This document shows, in pieces, positions 23,647-32,000 of a DNA stretch of 32,000 nt; position 1 is the first letter of the stretch, and every line of letters starts with the position of its first letter. Both the position numbers and the translations under genes were made by a program. The notes beneath the pieces are model-generated. The model saw nothing but the letters and a program-made list of their open reading frames with translations, did no database searches and was not told where the DNA came from. The stretch is from Nitrosospira multiformis ATCC 25196 (lineage in GTDB: Bacteria > Pseudomonadota > Gammaproteobacteria > Burkholderiales > Nitrosomonadaceae), in the NCBI RefSeq assembly GCF_000196355.1, contig NC_007614.1, positions 2,100,001 through 2,132,000 on the forward strand, written 5' to 3'.

Positions 23647-26600
23647 ATGAAGGGCATCTTTCCTCCTTCCCTTCCCTCCTCCGGGCCGATTGCGTGGTTC
23701 GCGGCCAATCCGATCGCTGCCAACCTCCTCATGTTGCTCATTCTGCTGGGGGGTGCGGGCAGCCTGCTGCTGATGGACAAGGAAGTGTTTCCGCGATTCC
23801 TGCCCCATCAGATCGAGATCAGGGCGACCTATCCCGGTGCGGGTCCGTTGGAGATCGAAGAATCCGTTTGCATCCGGATCGAAGAGGCTGTCTACAATCT
23901 GCCCGGCATTAAAAGGTTGAACTCGGAAATCGTCGAGGGGGAATGCAGGGTCAGGCTGACCGCCCTGCCCACTTACGACAGGGATCAGGTGATGAATGCG
24001 GCGCGTGGAAGGGTGCAAGCGATTCAGCGCCTGCCGAAAGGGCTGGAGAAGATTGACGTGCAGCCGGCAAACCGTATCGGAGATGATGGCGTTATCTGGG
24101 TGGCGTTATATGCCCCCACCGATCCGCTTACCCTCAGGCGGCTGGGCGATGACATCCATGCCGAGCTCTCCCGCATACCTGGGGTAACGCAGGCGCACAA
24201 CTATTACGAGCTGCCATACGAGATTGCAATCGAGGTATCCACGGAGAAACTGCGTCAGTATGGCGTCTCGCTCAAGGAGGTGACGGAAACCATTCGACGC
24301 GCTTCGGTGGACCTGCCCGGAGGGGTAATGAAGAACCCGGCAGGCGAGCTGCTGCTCAGGGTCAAGGGCAAAGCCCAGGATGATGTATCGGTTGGAAATC
24401 TGGTGGTGAGTACCCGGCCGGACGGGAGCCGGGTGCTGCTTCGCGATGTAGCGGTGGTGAAGGACGGCCTGGAAGAGCGGTTGTCGGAGTGGCATCACAA
24501 TGGGGAAACCGCTCAAGGCTGGGAAATTCATGCCGAAAAAGATTCGGTGGCAGTGGCACGTCGTGTCAAGGCTTATGTGGCGGAAAAAAAAGCGGAGCTT
24601 CCCCAAGGAGTGGGCCTGATCACCTGGTGGGACGATTCGCAGGCTTACGAAGAGCGCATTGGCACCCTGCTGGAGGATGGGCTCACCGGATTCGCACTGG
24701 TCTGCCTCATCCTGACCCTGTTCCTTCAGTTCAAGGTGGCCGTGTGGGCCGGAGCGGGAATCCTGACGTCGATATTCGGCGCGTTCTGGCTCATGCCGGC
24801 TCTGGATATTTCCCTCAACATGCTGTCGCTGTTCGGTTTCCTGCTGGCAATGGGAATTCTCGTGGATGATGCAATTATCATAGGAGAAGCCATCTATGCC
24901 CGCCAGGAAGAGGCGAAAGCAGGAGCCGCTGCCGCAACAGGTGAAGGGAACGGCTCATTGGCTGCGGAATTCCGCTGGATGCAAAGAAACCTGCAGGCAG
25001 CCATTCTTGGCGCCCGTGAAGTCGCGCTGCCGGTTACTCTCGCCGTCATGATCGCACTTGTCGCGTTTCTACCCGGCTTATTCCTGCCGGGATGGGCAGG
25101 CCAGATGATGAAACCCATCTGTCTGGTAATGGTTCTCACGCTGGTATTTTCGCTGGTTGAGGCGCTGCTGATACTGCCCTCTCATCTGGCGACACCGTCC
25201 GGGAGCACATGGGCGTACCCGCCCTTACTGCATCTGCGCGCTGCGCTCAATCATGGATTGCAGCAGTTCGTCCGCCGTGTTTACGAACCATTGCTACAGA
25301 AAGCGCTTGCCTGGCGTTATCTCACGATCGCCATTTTCGCTGTCCTGCTGATGCTGGCTGGGGCGTTGGTGGCGGGAGGCCATGTGCGGATGGCCTTGCA
25401 GGCGGACGTGACAAAAGAGAGCTTCTGGGTCTATCTGAAATTGCCCGAAGATGCCCCCTATAGCGAAACGCGCAGGATAGCGGAAAAAGTGGAGCAGGCG
25501 TTGCTGCAATTGCGGGAAGAACTGGATAGAGAGGCAGCCAAGAGTGACGCGGATATCGGCGGGAGCGTCATCGTCGGCATGGAAACGATCATCGCGGAAC
25601 ATAGCGCGGGTTTCTGGACCGAACTCTCTCCCGCTGGCCGCCAGCACATCGTGGTAGAGGATTTCATCCGCGAGTGGCGCAAGCGTATCGGTGACATCGG
25701 ACGGGCCAAGATTGACTTCCTGTATAAGGAAGGGGATCTCCCCTACGATATCGAATTCGATCTCGGTCACCCCGATCCGGAAATCCTGACGGCAGCCGTG
25801 GGGGTATTCAAACAGAAACTGGCGGATTATATCGGGGTATACGATGTGGTGGATTCCGCCGAGGCCGGTAAACCCGAAGTCCGCCTGCGTCTCAAGCCCG
25901 AGGCGGAACGCCTTGGTATACGGCTGGAAGATATTGCCGAGCAAATGCGCCACGCCTACTATGGCGACGAGGTGCATCGGCTGCAACGGGGGCGCAATGA
26001 AGTCAAGGTCATGGTGCGGCTGCCGCGTAGCGAGAGGCAGTCACTCGACGATCTGCAGAATCTCCCGGTTCGTTTGCCCAGTGGAGCCCAGGCTCCCCTC
26101 GGGGTCCTTGCGGAAGTCGAATTGATGCCCGGCCAGGCAAAACTGCTTCGCCAGGACCGGCAGCGCATCCTCAAGGTACAGGCCCAGACCGACCCCAAAC
26201 TTGCTGATGTGAACCACATTTATGCCGGTTTTGCAGCGCATGAAATACCTGAAATAAAACGTCAGTTTCCAGGACTGGATATCGACATTGGCGAAGAGCG
26301 CCAGGAACAGGAACAGACGATCCAGAAGCTGGTGCTTTTTACCGGAGCTGCCCTGGCCGTTATCTACGCCTTGATTGCCGTCCCCTTTCGTTCGTATACC
26401 AAGCCGCTGATCTTTCTTCTGGCGGCTCCGGTTGCCTGGAGCGGCGCGGTGTGGGCGCACTGGCTGATCGGTCTTCCGCTATCCATGGAGTCGCTGGTGG
26501 GCATGATCGCCGCGAGCGGGGTGGTAATAAACGATAGCCTGGTACTGCTGGATTACGTGCAAAAACGGGGAGACAGCGGCCGGCCCGTCTCGGCGCTTAT

Positions 26601-26841
26601 CCTCGAGGCATGCAGCGCTCGCTTCAGGCCAATTCTGCTCGCCTTTCTCACCAATTTTGTCGGATTTCTTCCCATCCTGCTCGAAAGGAGTGAACAGGCA
26701 CAGTTCCTGGTCCCCATGACGCTCTCCCTGACCGTGGGGCTGCTGGTGGGCATGGCCGCAAGCCTCATACTGACACCCGTGTGCTATGCTGTCACCGAGC
26801 CTTTCGGCAAACAGCCGATGCTGGCGGAAATGGCTCGCTGA
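23647..26841 (+). CDS. RND efflux permease (AcrB/HAE-like)
   Basis: About 1064 aa with 12-TM RND architecture. N-terminal IAWFAANPIAANLLMLLILLGG, TM4 motif GILVDDAIIIGEAI (Asp-Asp proton-relay pair), TM10 region GVVINDSLVLLDY. The start is uncertain: ATG 23647 (MKGIF...) or 23599 (MPATL...). The ORF-track start at 23491 overlaps the MFP gene by 68 nt and is unlikely. Confidence 0.9.
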   Translation: MKGIFPPSLPSSGPIAWFAANPIAANLLMLLILLGGAGSLLLMDKEVFPRFLPHQIEIRATYPGAGPLEIEESVCIRIEEAVYNLPGIKRLNSEIVEGECRVRLTALPTYDRDQVMNAARGRVQAIQRLPKGLEKIDVQPANRIGDDGVIWVALYAPTDPLTLRRLGDDIHAELSRIPGVTQAHNYYELPYEIAIEVSTEKLRQYGVSLKEVTETIRRASVDLPGGVMKNPAGELLLRVKGKAQDDVSVGNLVVSTRPDGSRVLLRDVAVVKDGLEERLSEWHHNGETAQGWEIHAEKDSVAVARRVKAYVAEKKAELPQGVGLITWWDDSQAYEERIGTLLEDGLTGFALVCLILTLFLQFKVAVWAGAGILTSIFGAFWLMPALDISLNMLSLFGFLLAMGILVDDAIIIGEAIYARQEEAKAGAAAATGEGNGSLAAEFRWMQRNLQAAILGAREVALPVTLAVMIALVAFLPGLFLPGWAGQMMKPICLVMVLTLVFSLVEALLILPSHLATPSGSTWAYPPLLHLRAALNHGLQQFVRRVYEPLLQKALAWRYLTIAIFAVLLMLAGALVAGGHVRMALQADVTKESFWVYLKLPEDAPYSETRRIAEKVEQALLQLREELDREAAKSDADIGGSVIVGMETIIAEHSAGFWTELSPAGRQHIVVEDFIREWRKRIGDIGRAKIDFLYKEGDLPYDIEFDLGHPDPEILTAAVGVFKQKLADYIGVYDVVDSAEAGKPEVRLRLKPEAERLGIRLEDIAEQMRHAYYGDEVHRLQRGRNEVKVMVRLPRSERQSLDDLQNLPVRLPSGAQAPLGVLAEVELMPGQAKLLRQDRQRILKVQAQTDPKLADVNHIYAGFAAHEIPEIKRQFPGLDIDIGEERQEQEQTIQKLVLFTGAALAVIYALIAVPFRSYTKPLIFLLAAPVAWSGAVWAHWLIGLPLSMESLVGMIAASGVVINDSLVLLDYVQKRGDSGRPVSALILEACSARFRPILLAFLTNFVGFLPILLERSEQAQFLVPMTLSLTVGLLVGMAASLILTPVCYAVTEPFGKQPMLAEMAR

Positions 26842-27048
26842 GGGTTTGAAACTTCGCTATTTATAAGGATGGCGGCAGTTTATAATAAAAACCGTGCCAC
26901 AATCCTCCATGATAGCCGCACGGATTGTTCTGATCTTTAGCCACCTCTTCAAACTACCCTTGATTTGATTTTTTCGATATCTGGAATAGATATCCGGTAT
27001 TGAAAACCTGGATACGGGCAACCGCACATTCATTGTAAAGCGTCAAAT

Positions 27049-28167
27049 ATGGAATCCGTTTTAAAGCAGTCGCGGCGCATTGTCGTCAAGGTCGGCAGCA
27101 GCCTGGTAACGAACCAGGGACAAGGCCTTGACCATTCGGCGCTCGCGCACTGGGCTGGACAAATCGTTAAACTCAAGAAGACCGGCAAGGAAGTGGTACT
27201 CGTTTCTTCCGGGGCCATAGCGGAGGGAATGCAACGCCTGAAATGGAAAAAGCGCCCCCACGCGGTCCATGAATTGCAGGCGGCAGCGGCGGTGGGACAA
27301 ATGGGCCTGGTGCAGGCCTATGAAACCTGCTTCCGCAAGCATGAATTGCACTCGGCCCAGATTTTGCTCACCCACGAAGACTTGTCCGACCGCAAGCGCT
27401 ATCTGAACGCACGCTCCACGCTGGCCACGCTGTTGGATCTGAATGTCATTCCAATCATCAATGAAAATGATACGGTAGCAACCGATGAAATCCGCTTCGG
27501 CGATAACGATACGCTAGCCGCACTGGTAACCAACCTGATCGAGGCGGATGTTCTGGTAATTCTAACCGATCAGCGAGGGTTATTCACAGCCGATCCGCGA
27601 AAAGATACCCAGGCGAAACTGGTGGAGCAAGCAAAAGCCGGAGACGCGGACATCGAACGGATGGCGGGGGGGGCAGGCAGCGAAATAGGACGGGGCGGCA
27701 TGTTGACCAAGGTGCTGGCGGCCAAACGCGCAGCGAGAAGCGGCGCGCACACGGTGATTGCGTCGGGACGCGAAGCGGATGTCTTGATTCGCCTCGCCCG
27801 AGGGGAAGCAATCGGCACCCAGTTGCTGGCGGAAACCATGACGCTTGCCGCTCGCAAGCAGTGGCTGGCGGACCATCTGCAAATCCGGGGAAATGTCACG
27901 CTGGACGAAGGAGCGGTGGAAGCACTGGCCGTTGGCGGCAAAAGTCTTCTGCCGGTCGGCGTGACCGATGTGCGCGGCAACTTCGAACGGGGTGAAGTCG
28001 TAGGCTGCCTCGATCCGCACGGAAGGGAAATCGCTCGCGGACTGGTCAATTACAATGCTGCGGAAACCCGGCGTATTCTCCGCCGGGCAAGCGACGAAAT
28101 CGAAAGCCTTCTCGGCTATATTGGTGAACCGGAGCTCATCCACAGGGATAACCTGGTTCTGCTTTAA
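27049..28167 (+). CDS. proB: Glutamate 5-kinase with C-terminal PUA domain
   Basis: 372 aa. [51 protein letters not shown], followed by a PUA-like C-terminus ([11 protein letters not shown]...GEVV). Confidence 0.95.
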   Translation: MESVLKQSRRIVVKVGSSLVTNQGQGLDHSALAHWAGQIVKLKKTGKEVVLVSSGAIAEGMQRLKWKKRPHAVHELQAAAAVGQMGLVQAYETCFRKHELHSAQILLTHEDLSDRKRYLNARSTLATLLDLNVIPIINENDTVATDEIRFGDNDTLAALVTNLIEADVLVILTDQRGLFTADPRKDTQAKLVEQAKAGDADIERMAGGAGSEIGRGGMLTKVLAAKRAARSGAHTVIASGREADVLIRLARGEAIGTQLLAETMTLAARKQWLADHLQIRGNVTLDEGAVEALAVGGKSLLPVGVTDVRGNFERGEVVGCLDPHGREIARGLVNYNAAETRRILRRASDEIESLLGYIGEPELIHRDNLVLL

Positions 28168-28353
28168 CACCTCTATGGGAAAGCGGAACCATGAGTCCAG
28201 ATAACTTCTTGAAATCTGGATACCCCCTTTTCGCGGGTATGGCACATAATGGAGCGATGCGGAAATCTATTCATGGCGGTCAGTCCAGTTCCCCATCCAA
28301 CCGTTACTTCGTTTCGCCTTCCTTGGGGAGAAGGAGAGCACGCATCTTCTCGG

Positions 28354-28884
28354 CTAATACCTTACCGCTCGCGGATGAATGCCGGCTTTCAATGCCTGGA
28401 TCGCTTCATCCGTATCCTTCACTGTCTGAAGTCCGAGAGGACAGAAAAAATACCGGAACAGCGCGCGCTGAGGATAGTTCTGCGCAATACTTTCGAGATC
28501 GACCCATTTCGACAGCCCTGCCCGTGCCCAGGTTTTATCGTTGCGCCCATAGGCATAGGTTCTCTTCTCGTTGGTCTGGCAGCGTATTCCCTCGTAGCTC
28601 ACATTCATCGCACCGGTGGGAGACTTGATGACGAGGGTGTAACGCACCACACCATCTTCTCCCACTGTAATAGACGCACCATCGACGTAATGCGTATTCG
28701 AACTTGCAGGACCAGCATCGAATTGCAGCAGATTCTCCTGTTCGGGATACGGGGGTAATTCCGTCTGCAACTCGACCCACGGTCGTTCATGATCGAACTC
28801 ATATTCGAATTTTTGTTGCTGGGCAAAAGCTGAAATCGATGTACTCGAAAGCAGCAACCAGAATATGAGCAGGTAAGTTCTCAT
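28354..28884 (-). CDS. CNP1-like secreted protein of unknown function
   Basis: Signal peptide MRTYLLIFWLLLSSTSISAFA|QQ. The remainder resembles the CNP1-like family as I recall it (family assignment from memory). The ATG at 28884 shares one nt with the upstream TGA (TGATG). A GTG at 28887 is the ORF-track start. Confidence 0.65.
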   Translation of the reverse strand: MRTYLLIFWLLLSSTSISAFAQQQKFEYEFDHERPWVELQTELPPYPEQENLLQFDAGPASSNTHYVDGASITVGEDGVVRYTLVIKSPTGAMNVSYEGIRCQTNEKRTYAYGRNDKTWARAGLSKWVDLESIAQNYPQRALFRYFFCPLGLQTVKDTDEAIQALKAGIHPRAVRY

Positions 28885-29483
28885 CACCCCGCGAGATCTG
28901 CGGTCAGATCATCCATCAAAGCATTCCGCACTGCCGCATCCACTTCCTGTCCCGGCACTTTATAGGCAGAATGATCAATGCCCATGCTCAAAGAGGCGCC
29001 TTCACGCAATGCCTTTATCATTTCCAGCTCCAACTCGAATCGCAGAAAATGGACGGAAGCAGTCTTTTTTTCATTCTCCCGGTCCAGGTCTTCATCGGCA
29101 ATGGCATAGATCGGGTCGAAGCCATTCACTTTTATCCATACCTTGTCCTCTATGCCTATCAATTCGGCCAATCTGGCTACGCGCTCAACAGGATCCGGGT
29201 ACTCGATCATCATCGTTGCCTTCCAGTTGGTCCCATCCGGCACCAGCGGATTGTAGGCTTCCAGTTCCTCCTGGATGCCCGCTTCCTCAAAAATCTTTTC
29301 TACCCGCAGCATCTCCTGGATCTGATACCGCATCGTCAACTCATCCTCGAAAATGAGAGTCACGTTCGTGCCGAGATGTATCTTGCGGTTACGTTTGTGC
29401 GCCATTACACGCGCACGGAATTCCTGCCGTGACTTTGCGTAATCTTCCAGGGTCATCAGGCTGCTGCGGGTGATCTGAGGCAT
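28884..29483 (-). CDS. DUF3501-family protein
   Basis: MPQITRSSLMTLEDYAKSRQEFRARVMAHKRNRKIHLGTNVTLIFEDELTMRYQIQEMLRVEKIF... 199 aa from the ATG at 29483. The ORF-track start at 29645 would add 54 Arg/His-rich residues and overlap the upstream gene by about 100 nt. Confidence 0.7.
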   Translation of the reverse strand: MPQITRSSLMTLEDYAKSRQEFRARVMAHKRNRKIHLGTNVTLIFEDELTMRYQIQEMLRVEKIFEEAGIQEELEAYNPLVPDGTNWKATMMIEYPDPVERVARLAELIGIEDKVWIKVNGFDPIYAIADEDLDRENEKKTASVHFLRFELELEMIKALREGASLSMGIDHSAYKVPGQEVDAAVRNALMDDLTADLAG

Positions 29484-29542
29484 AATTATTATTTGATCAT
29501 GATAATGAATAGAGGCAACGCCAACCGAACATCGGCCATCGT

Positions 29543-30874
29543 TCAGGGCAGCCCGTATGCGATGCGGATGAGGGTCAAGGGATGCGCCTTCTGCGCGCTT
29601 GTTTCGCCCATGCCTTGCTCGATATGGCGACCAGCGATCGCGCAATCGGAACTGATATAGTCAGGATCATGCTGGGCCATCTGCCTGAACACGGGCCTGC
29701 CGATCTTCATGGAGTCGGCAAAGTATTCGCTTTTTACGCCCCAGGTGCCGTCGTGCCCGGAGCAGCGCTCCACTACGGTCACCTTTGTGTCGGGCACCAT
29801 CTGCAACAGATCTTTCGTCTTCTGCCCGATATTCTGCACGCGCAAATGGCAAGGAATATGATATGAAACCTTGCCTAGCGATTTCCTGAAATCCGTTTTC
29901 AACAGCCCATCACGATTTCGCATCGTCAAATATTCGAAGGGATCGAGCATGGCTTTGGCTACCGCCTTCACATCCTCGTTGTCCGGAAACATGAGTGGCA
30001 ATTCCTGTTTGTACATGAGCGTGCAGGACGGCACCGCTGTAAGTATTGCATAACCTTCCCTGGCCAGTTTCGCCAAGGGAGGGATATTTTTATCCTTGAG
30101 TTCTTTCACGGCTTGCAAGTCACCCAGCTCCAGCTTCGGCATTCCACAACAGGCTTCTTTCTCCACCAGGCATACTGGAATCTCGTTATGGTCCAGTATC
30201 TTCAATAAATCGTGCCCTATTCCGGGCTCGTTATAGTTGATGTAACAGGTGGAATAAATTGCCACTTTCCCGGGCGTTCGCTCGCCGTTGCGCACCGCGT
30301 GGTCCGCGTTCGGCTGGGCGGTCTTGCGAAATCTGTGACTGTCGTACTCCGGCAATCTGCGCTCTGCATGAATGCCAAGCATGCTGTCCATCAGTTTGCG
30401 GGTAGCGGGCGCCTTGTTGATCGCATTGACTGCCTGGACCACGACGGGAATGCTGGCAAGCTTGCCCACCGCGTCGGTGCTGGATAATAGCTTGTCACGG
30501 AAACTCGTACCGCCTTTTTCGTGCTTGACTGCCTTGGCGCGCAGCATCAGGTGTGGAAAATCGACATTCCATGGATGAGGGGGCACATACGGGCATTTCG
30601 TCATGGAGCACATATCGCAGAGATAGCAGCGATCCACTACCTCCCAATATCTCGATTTCTCCACCGCGTCCAGTTCGCCGGTCGACCCCTCATCTATGAG
30701 ATCGAACAAGCGCGGAAATGCGGTGCACAGATTCACACAGCGGCGGCAACCGTGACATATGTCGAAGACACGCTCCATCTCCGCGAACAGCTTGGGTTCG
30801 TCATAATATTCCGGATTTTCCCAGTCGATGGGAAGGCGCTTCGGCGCCTCCAGGCTGCCTTCGCGAGTGGTCAT
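29543..30874 (-). CDS. HdrD/GlpC/GlcF-like (Fe-S)-binding oxidoreductase with CCG domains
   Basis: 443 aa. Two ferredoxin-type Cys clusters ([24 protein letters not shown]), then two Cys-rich CCG-type regions (ACCGMP..., IPCHL...CSGHDG). Confidence 0.8.
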   Translation of the reverse strand: MTTREGSLEAPKRLPIDWENPEYYDEPKLFAEMERVFDICHGCRRCVNLCTAFPRLFDLIDEGSTGELDAVEKSRYWEVVDRCYLCDMCSMTKCPYVPPHPWNVDFPHLMLRAKAVKHEKGGTSFRDKLLSSTDAVGKLASIPVVVQAVNAINKAPATRKLMDSMLGIHAERRLPEYDSHRFRKTAQPNADHAVRNGERTPGKVAIYSTCYINYNEPGIGHDLLKILDHNEIPVCLVEKEACCGMPKLELGDLQAVKELKDKNIPPLAKLAREGYAILTAVPSCTLMYKQELPLMFPDNEDVKAVAKAMLDPFEYLTMRNRDGLLKTDFRKSLGKVSYHIPCHLRVQNIGQKTKDLLQMVPDTKVTVVERCSGHDGTWGVKSEYFADSMKIGRPVFRQMAQHDPDYISSDCAIAGRHIEQGMGETSAQKAHPLTLIRIAYGLP

Positions 30875-30941
30875 GCGTGAAAATGGATGGGGAAATAAAA
30901 CAGATGGAAATTCGGTTGAAAATTCCCGAACAATAACAATA

Positions 30942-30984
30942 CAAGCGGAAGGAACGGGATGCAGGATCCGATCCCTTCCGCTTG
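30942..30984 (-). terminator. Strong hairpin between the rubrerythrin and Fe-S protein genes (possible terminator, attenuator or mRNA-stabilising element)
   Basis: caagcggaagg (30942-30952) pairs perfectly with ccttccgcttg (30974-30984), an 11-bp stem. Extra ggat/atcc pairing is possible inside the 21-nt loop. On the minus strand a T-rich stretch (gtattgttattgtt) follows. Confidence 0.4.
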
Positions 30985-31033
30985 CTGTCTATAGTCGCCT
31001 ATCGGATCGACTGTCGCATTACTTGTCGAATCG

Positions 31034-31456
31034 TCAGTCGCCGAGACTGTCCAAGGCCTTTTGGAAGCGATTGGCGTGGGAGCGCTCGGCCTTGCCCAAT
31101 GTCTCAAACCATTCGGCGATTTCATCGAAACCTTCATCACGTGCAGTTTTAGCCATTCCGGGATACATATCGGTATATTCATGCGTCTCTCCCGCAATGG
31201 CTGTTTCAAGGTTGGCGCGCGTCGAACCAAATGGCAAGCCGGTAGCTGGATCTCCACTCGCCTCCAGGTATTCGAGGTGACCGTGCGCATGTCCGGTTTC
31301 GCCTTCAGCAGTCGAGCGGAAAACCACTGCCACATCGTTTTGCCCTTCCACATCCGCTTTGTTTGCGAAGTAGAGATAACGCCGGTTCGCCTGCGATTCC
31401 CCGGCAAAAGCCGCTTTCAAGTTTTCCTCGGTTTTGGTTCCTTTGAGTTCCATCAT
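31034..31456 (-). CDS. Rubrerythrin-family di-iron protein (no rubredoxin domain)
   Basis: 140 aa. Four-helix-bundle di-iron ligand motifs [50 protein letters not shown] Shine-Dalgarno sequence just upstream, so the second ATG at 31453 may be the real start. Confidence 0.9.
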   Translation of the reverse strand: MMELKGTKTEENLKAAFAGESQANRRYLYFANKADVEGQNDVAVVFRSTAEGETGHAHGHLEYLEASGDPATGLPFGSTRANLETAIAGETHEYTDMYPGMAKTARDEGFDEIAEWFETLGKAERSHANRFQKALDSLGD

Positions 31457-31651
31457 TCCCCTCCTGTAATCAAATTGCCATAAATAGAGCTTTACACCGA
31501 TGCGGCCGGATATGCGCTCCGAATGAACCTGGATCCGTACGCATCAGCTCACTCTAGCTCTATGAGACTATCGAAGGCTACTTGAGTTGTCAACCGCCTA
31601 TATGCGTTCTTTATATTCCGCCTTTCCGCCGATGCGAACCGGACTGAAAAT

Positions 31652-32000
31652 TCAGGTAAGCAGGTTTTGCGGCTTGCCTGCCACCCAGGCTTCGATATTG
31701 TCGACCAGCTGATCGGCAAGAAAACGCATGGCCTCGGTAGAGGCCCAAGCAATATGAGGTGTCAGGATAAAGTTGGGACGGCGCAAGCCAAGCAGGGGAT
31801 TGCCGTTTCTGGGAGGTTCCGTCGTCAGCACATCGAAACCGGCGCCGGCGATAGTGCCATCGTCCAGAGCCTGTACCAATGCCGCCTCATCCACCAATCC
31901 TCCCCGCGCCGTGTTGATGAGCAATGCGCTGCGCTTCATCTTGCGCAATTCGTTCACGCCAATCAGGTTTCGGGTAGCGGGGGTCAGCGGGCAATGCAGC
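31652..32000 (-). CDS. D-isomer-specific 2-hydroxyacid dehydrogenase (glycerate/hydroxypyruvate reductase-like), C-terminal part; 5' end beyond the window
   Basis: The in-frame translation continues upstream of the listed Met: LHCPLTPATRNLIGVNELRKMKRSALLINTARGGLVDEAALVQAL...GAGFDV...PNFILTPHIAWAS, the classical catalytic-domain signature. Confidence 0.85.
   Translation of the reverse strand, partial: LHCPLTPATRNLIGVNELRKMKRSALLINTARGGLVDEAALVQALDDGTIAGAGFDVLTTEPPRNGNPLLGLRRPNFILTPHIAWASTEAMRFLADQLVDNIEAWVAGKPQNLLT

Noticed and set aside
22431-25986. Minus-strand ORFs 22431..23180 (249 aa), 22513..23112 (199 aa), 24106..24606 and 25294..25986 (230 aa).
   Set aside because: They are antisense to the MFP and RND genes and have no motifs. 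Shadow ORFs.
20944-26841. Annotating the efflux operon as czcCBA-type heavy-metal resistance because of its OMF-MFP-RND gene order.
   Set aside because: TM4 of the permease reads GILVDDAIIIGE (Asp-Asp), not the VDGA...VEN pattern I associate with HME-family pumps. Gene order alone is insufficient.
27570-28245. Minus-strand ORFs 27580..28245 (221 aa) and 27570..28049 (159 aa).
   Set aside because: They are antisense to proB, whose frame carries all the kinase and PUA motifs.
28191-28758. Plus-strand ORFs 28191..28628 and 28249..28758.
   Set aside because: They lie mostly antisense to the CNP1-like gene, which has a clean signal peptide. There is no supporting signature.
29484-29645. The 54-codon N-terminal extension of the DUF3501 ORF.
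   Set aside because: It overlaps the 3' end of the upstream Fe-S gene by about 100 nt and is Arg/His-rich. The conserved family sequence starts at MPQITRSS (ATG 29483).
30828-31483. ORFs 30828..31280 (+), 30871..31407 (-, 178 aa) and 31061..31483 (+).
   Set aside because: They overlap the rubrerythrin gene in other frames or on the other strand. Only the 31034..31456 frame has the di-iron ligand motifs.
1-32000. A scan for CRISPR arrays, tRNA/rRNA genes, integrase genes and att-like direct repeats at the accessory/core junctions.
   Set aside because: None was recognisable by eye in the intergenic regions (17584-18005, 19757-19929, 20146-20286, 20797-20943, 26842-27048, 28168-28353, 31457-31651). 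Absence by eye is not proof, and tRNAscan/Infernal should be run.

Overview
Nt 1-17,633 (minus strand) hold one co-directional operon for a hybrid lipopeptide-type assembly line. In transcription order it encodes an MbtH-like protein, a type II thioesterase, an Sfp-type PPTase, a FAAL-ACP-C-A-T NRPS, a KS-AT-KR-ACP PKS, a C-A-T NRPS, and the start of a further C-A... NRPS that runs off the left edge. All megasynthase reading frames are intact. The last two NRPS genes share a 1,727-nt stretch that looks nucleotide-identical (161-1887 vs 3584-5310). It covers a whole C domain plus the first part of the A domain and drops abruptly to about 86% identity at one end. The sequence suggests iron control. 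A TAAAT-N16-CGT motif (PvdS-type iron-starvation box) sits about 50-100 nt upstream of the mbtH-like gene. A PvdS-like ECF sigma gene (20287-20796, minus) has a Fur-box-like 19-mer in its own upstream region. It is followed by a 71-aa ORF that resembles only the N-terminal domain of a FecR-type anti-sigma factor. Between the sigma module and the NRPS operon lies a decayed junction. It contains a complete IS30-family element (18006-19260, 39/40-bp imperfect inverted repeats, no obvious target duplication) and a 5'-truncated, twice-frameshifted hexapeptide acetyltransferase pseudogene. Divergent from the sigma gene is an OMF-MFP-RND tripartite efflux operon (20944-26841, plus). From about 27,000 on the window looks like core genome: proB, a CNP1-like secreted protein, a DUF3501 protein, an HdrD/GlpC-like Fe-S protein, a rubrerythrin and the 3' part of a D-2-hydroxyacid dehydrogenase gene. 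Gene content suggests a proteobacterium, probably a beta-proteobacterium, but that cannot be established here. No rRNA, tRNA or CRISPR array was recognised. All family assignments come from motif recognition by eye. No database search was run.
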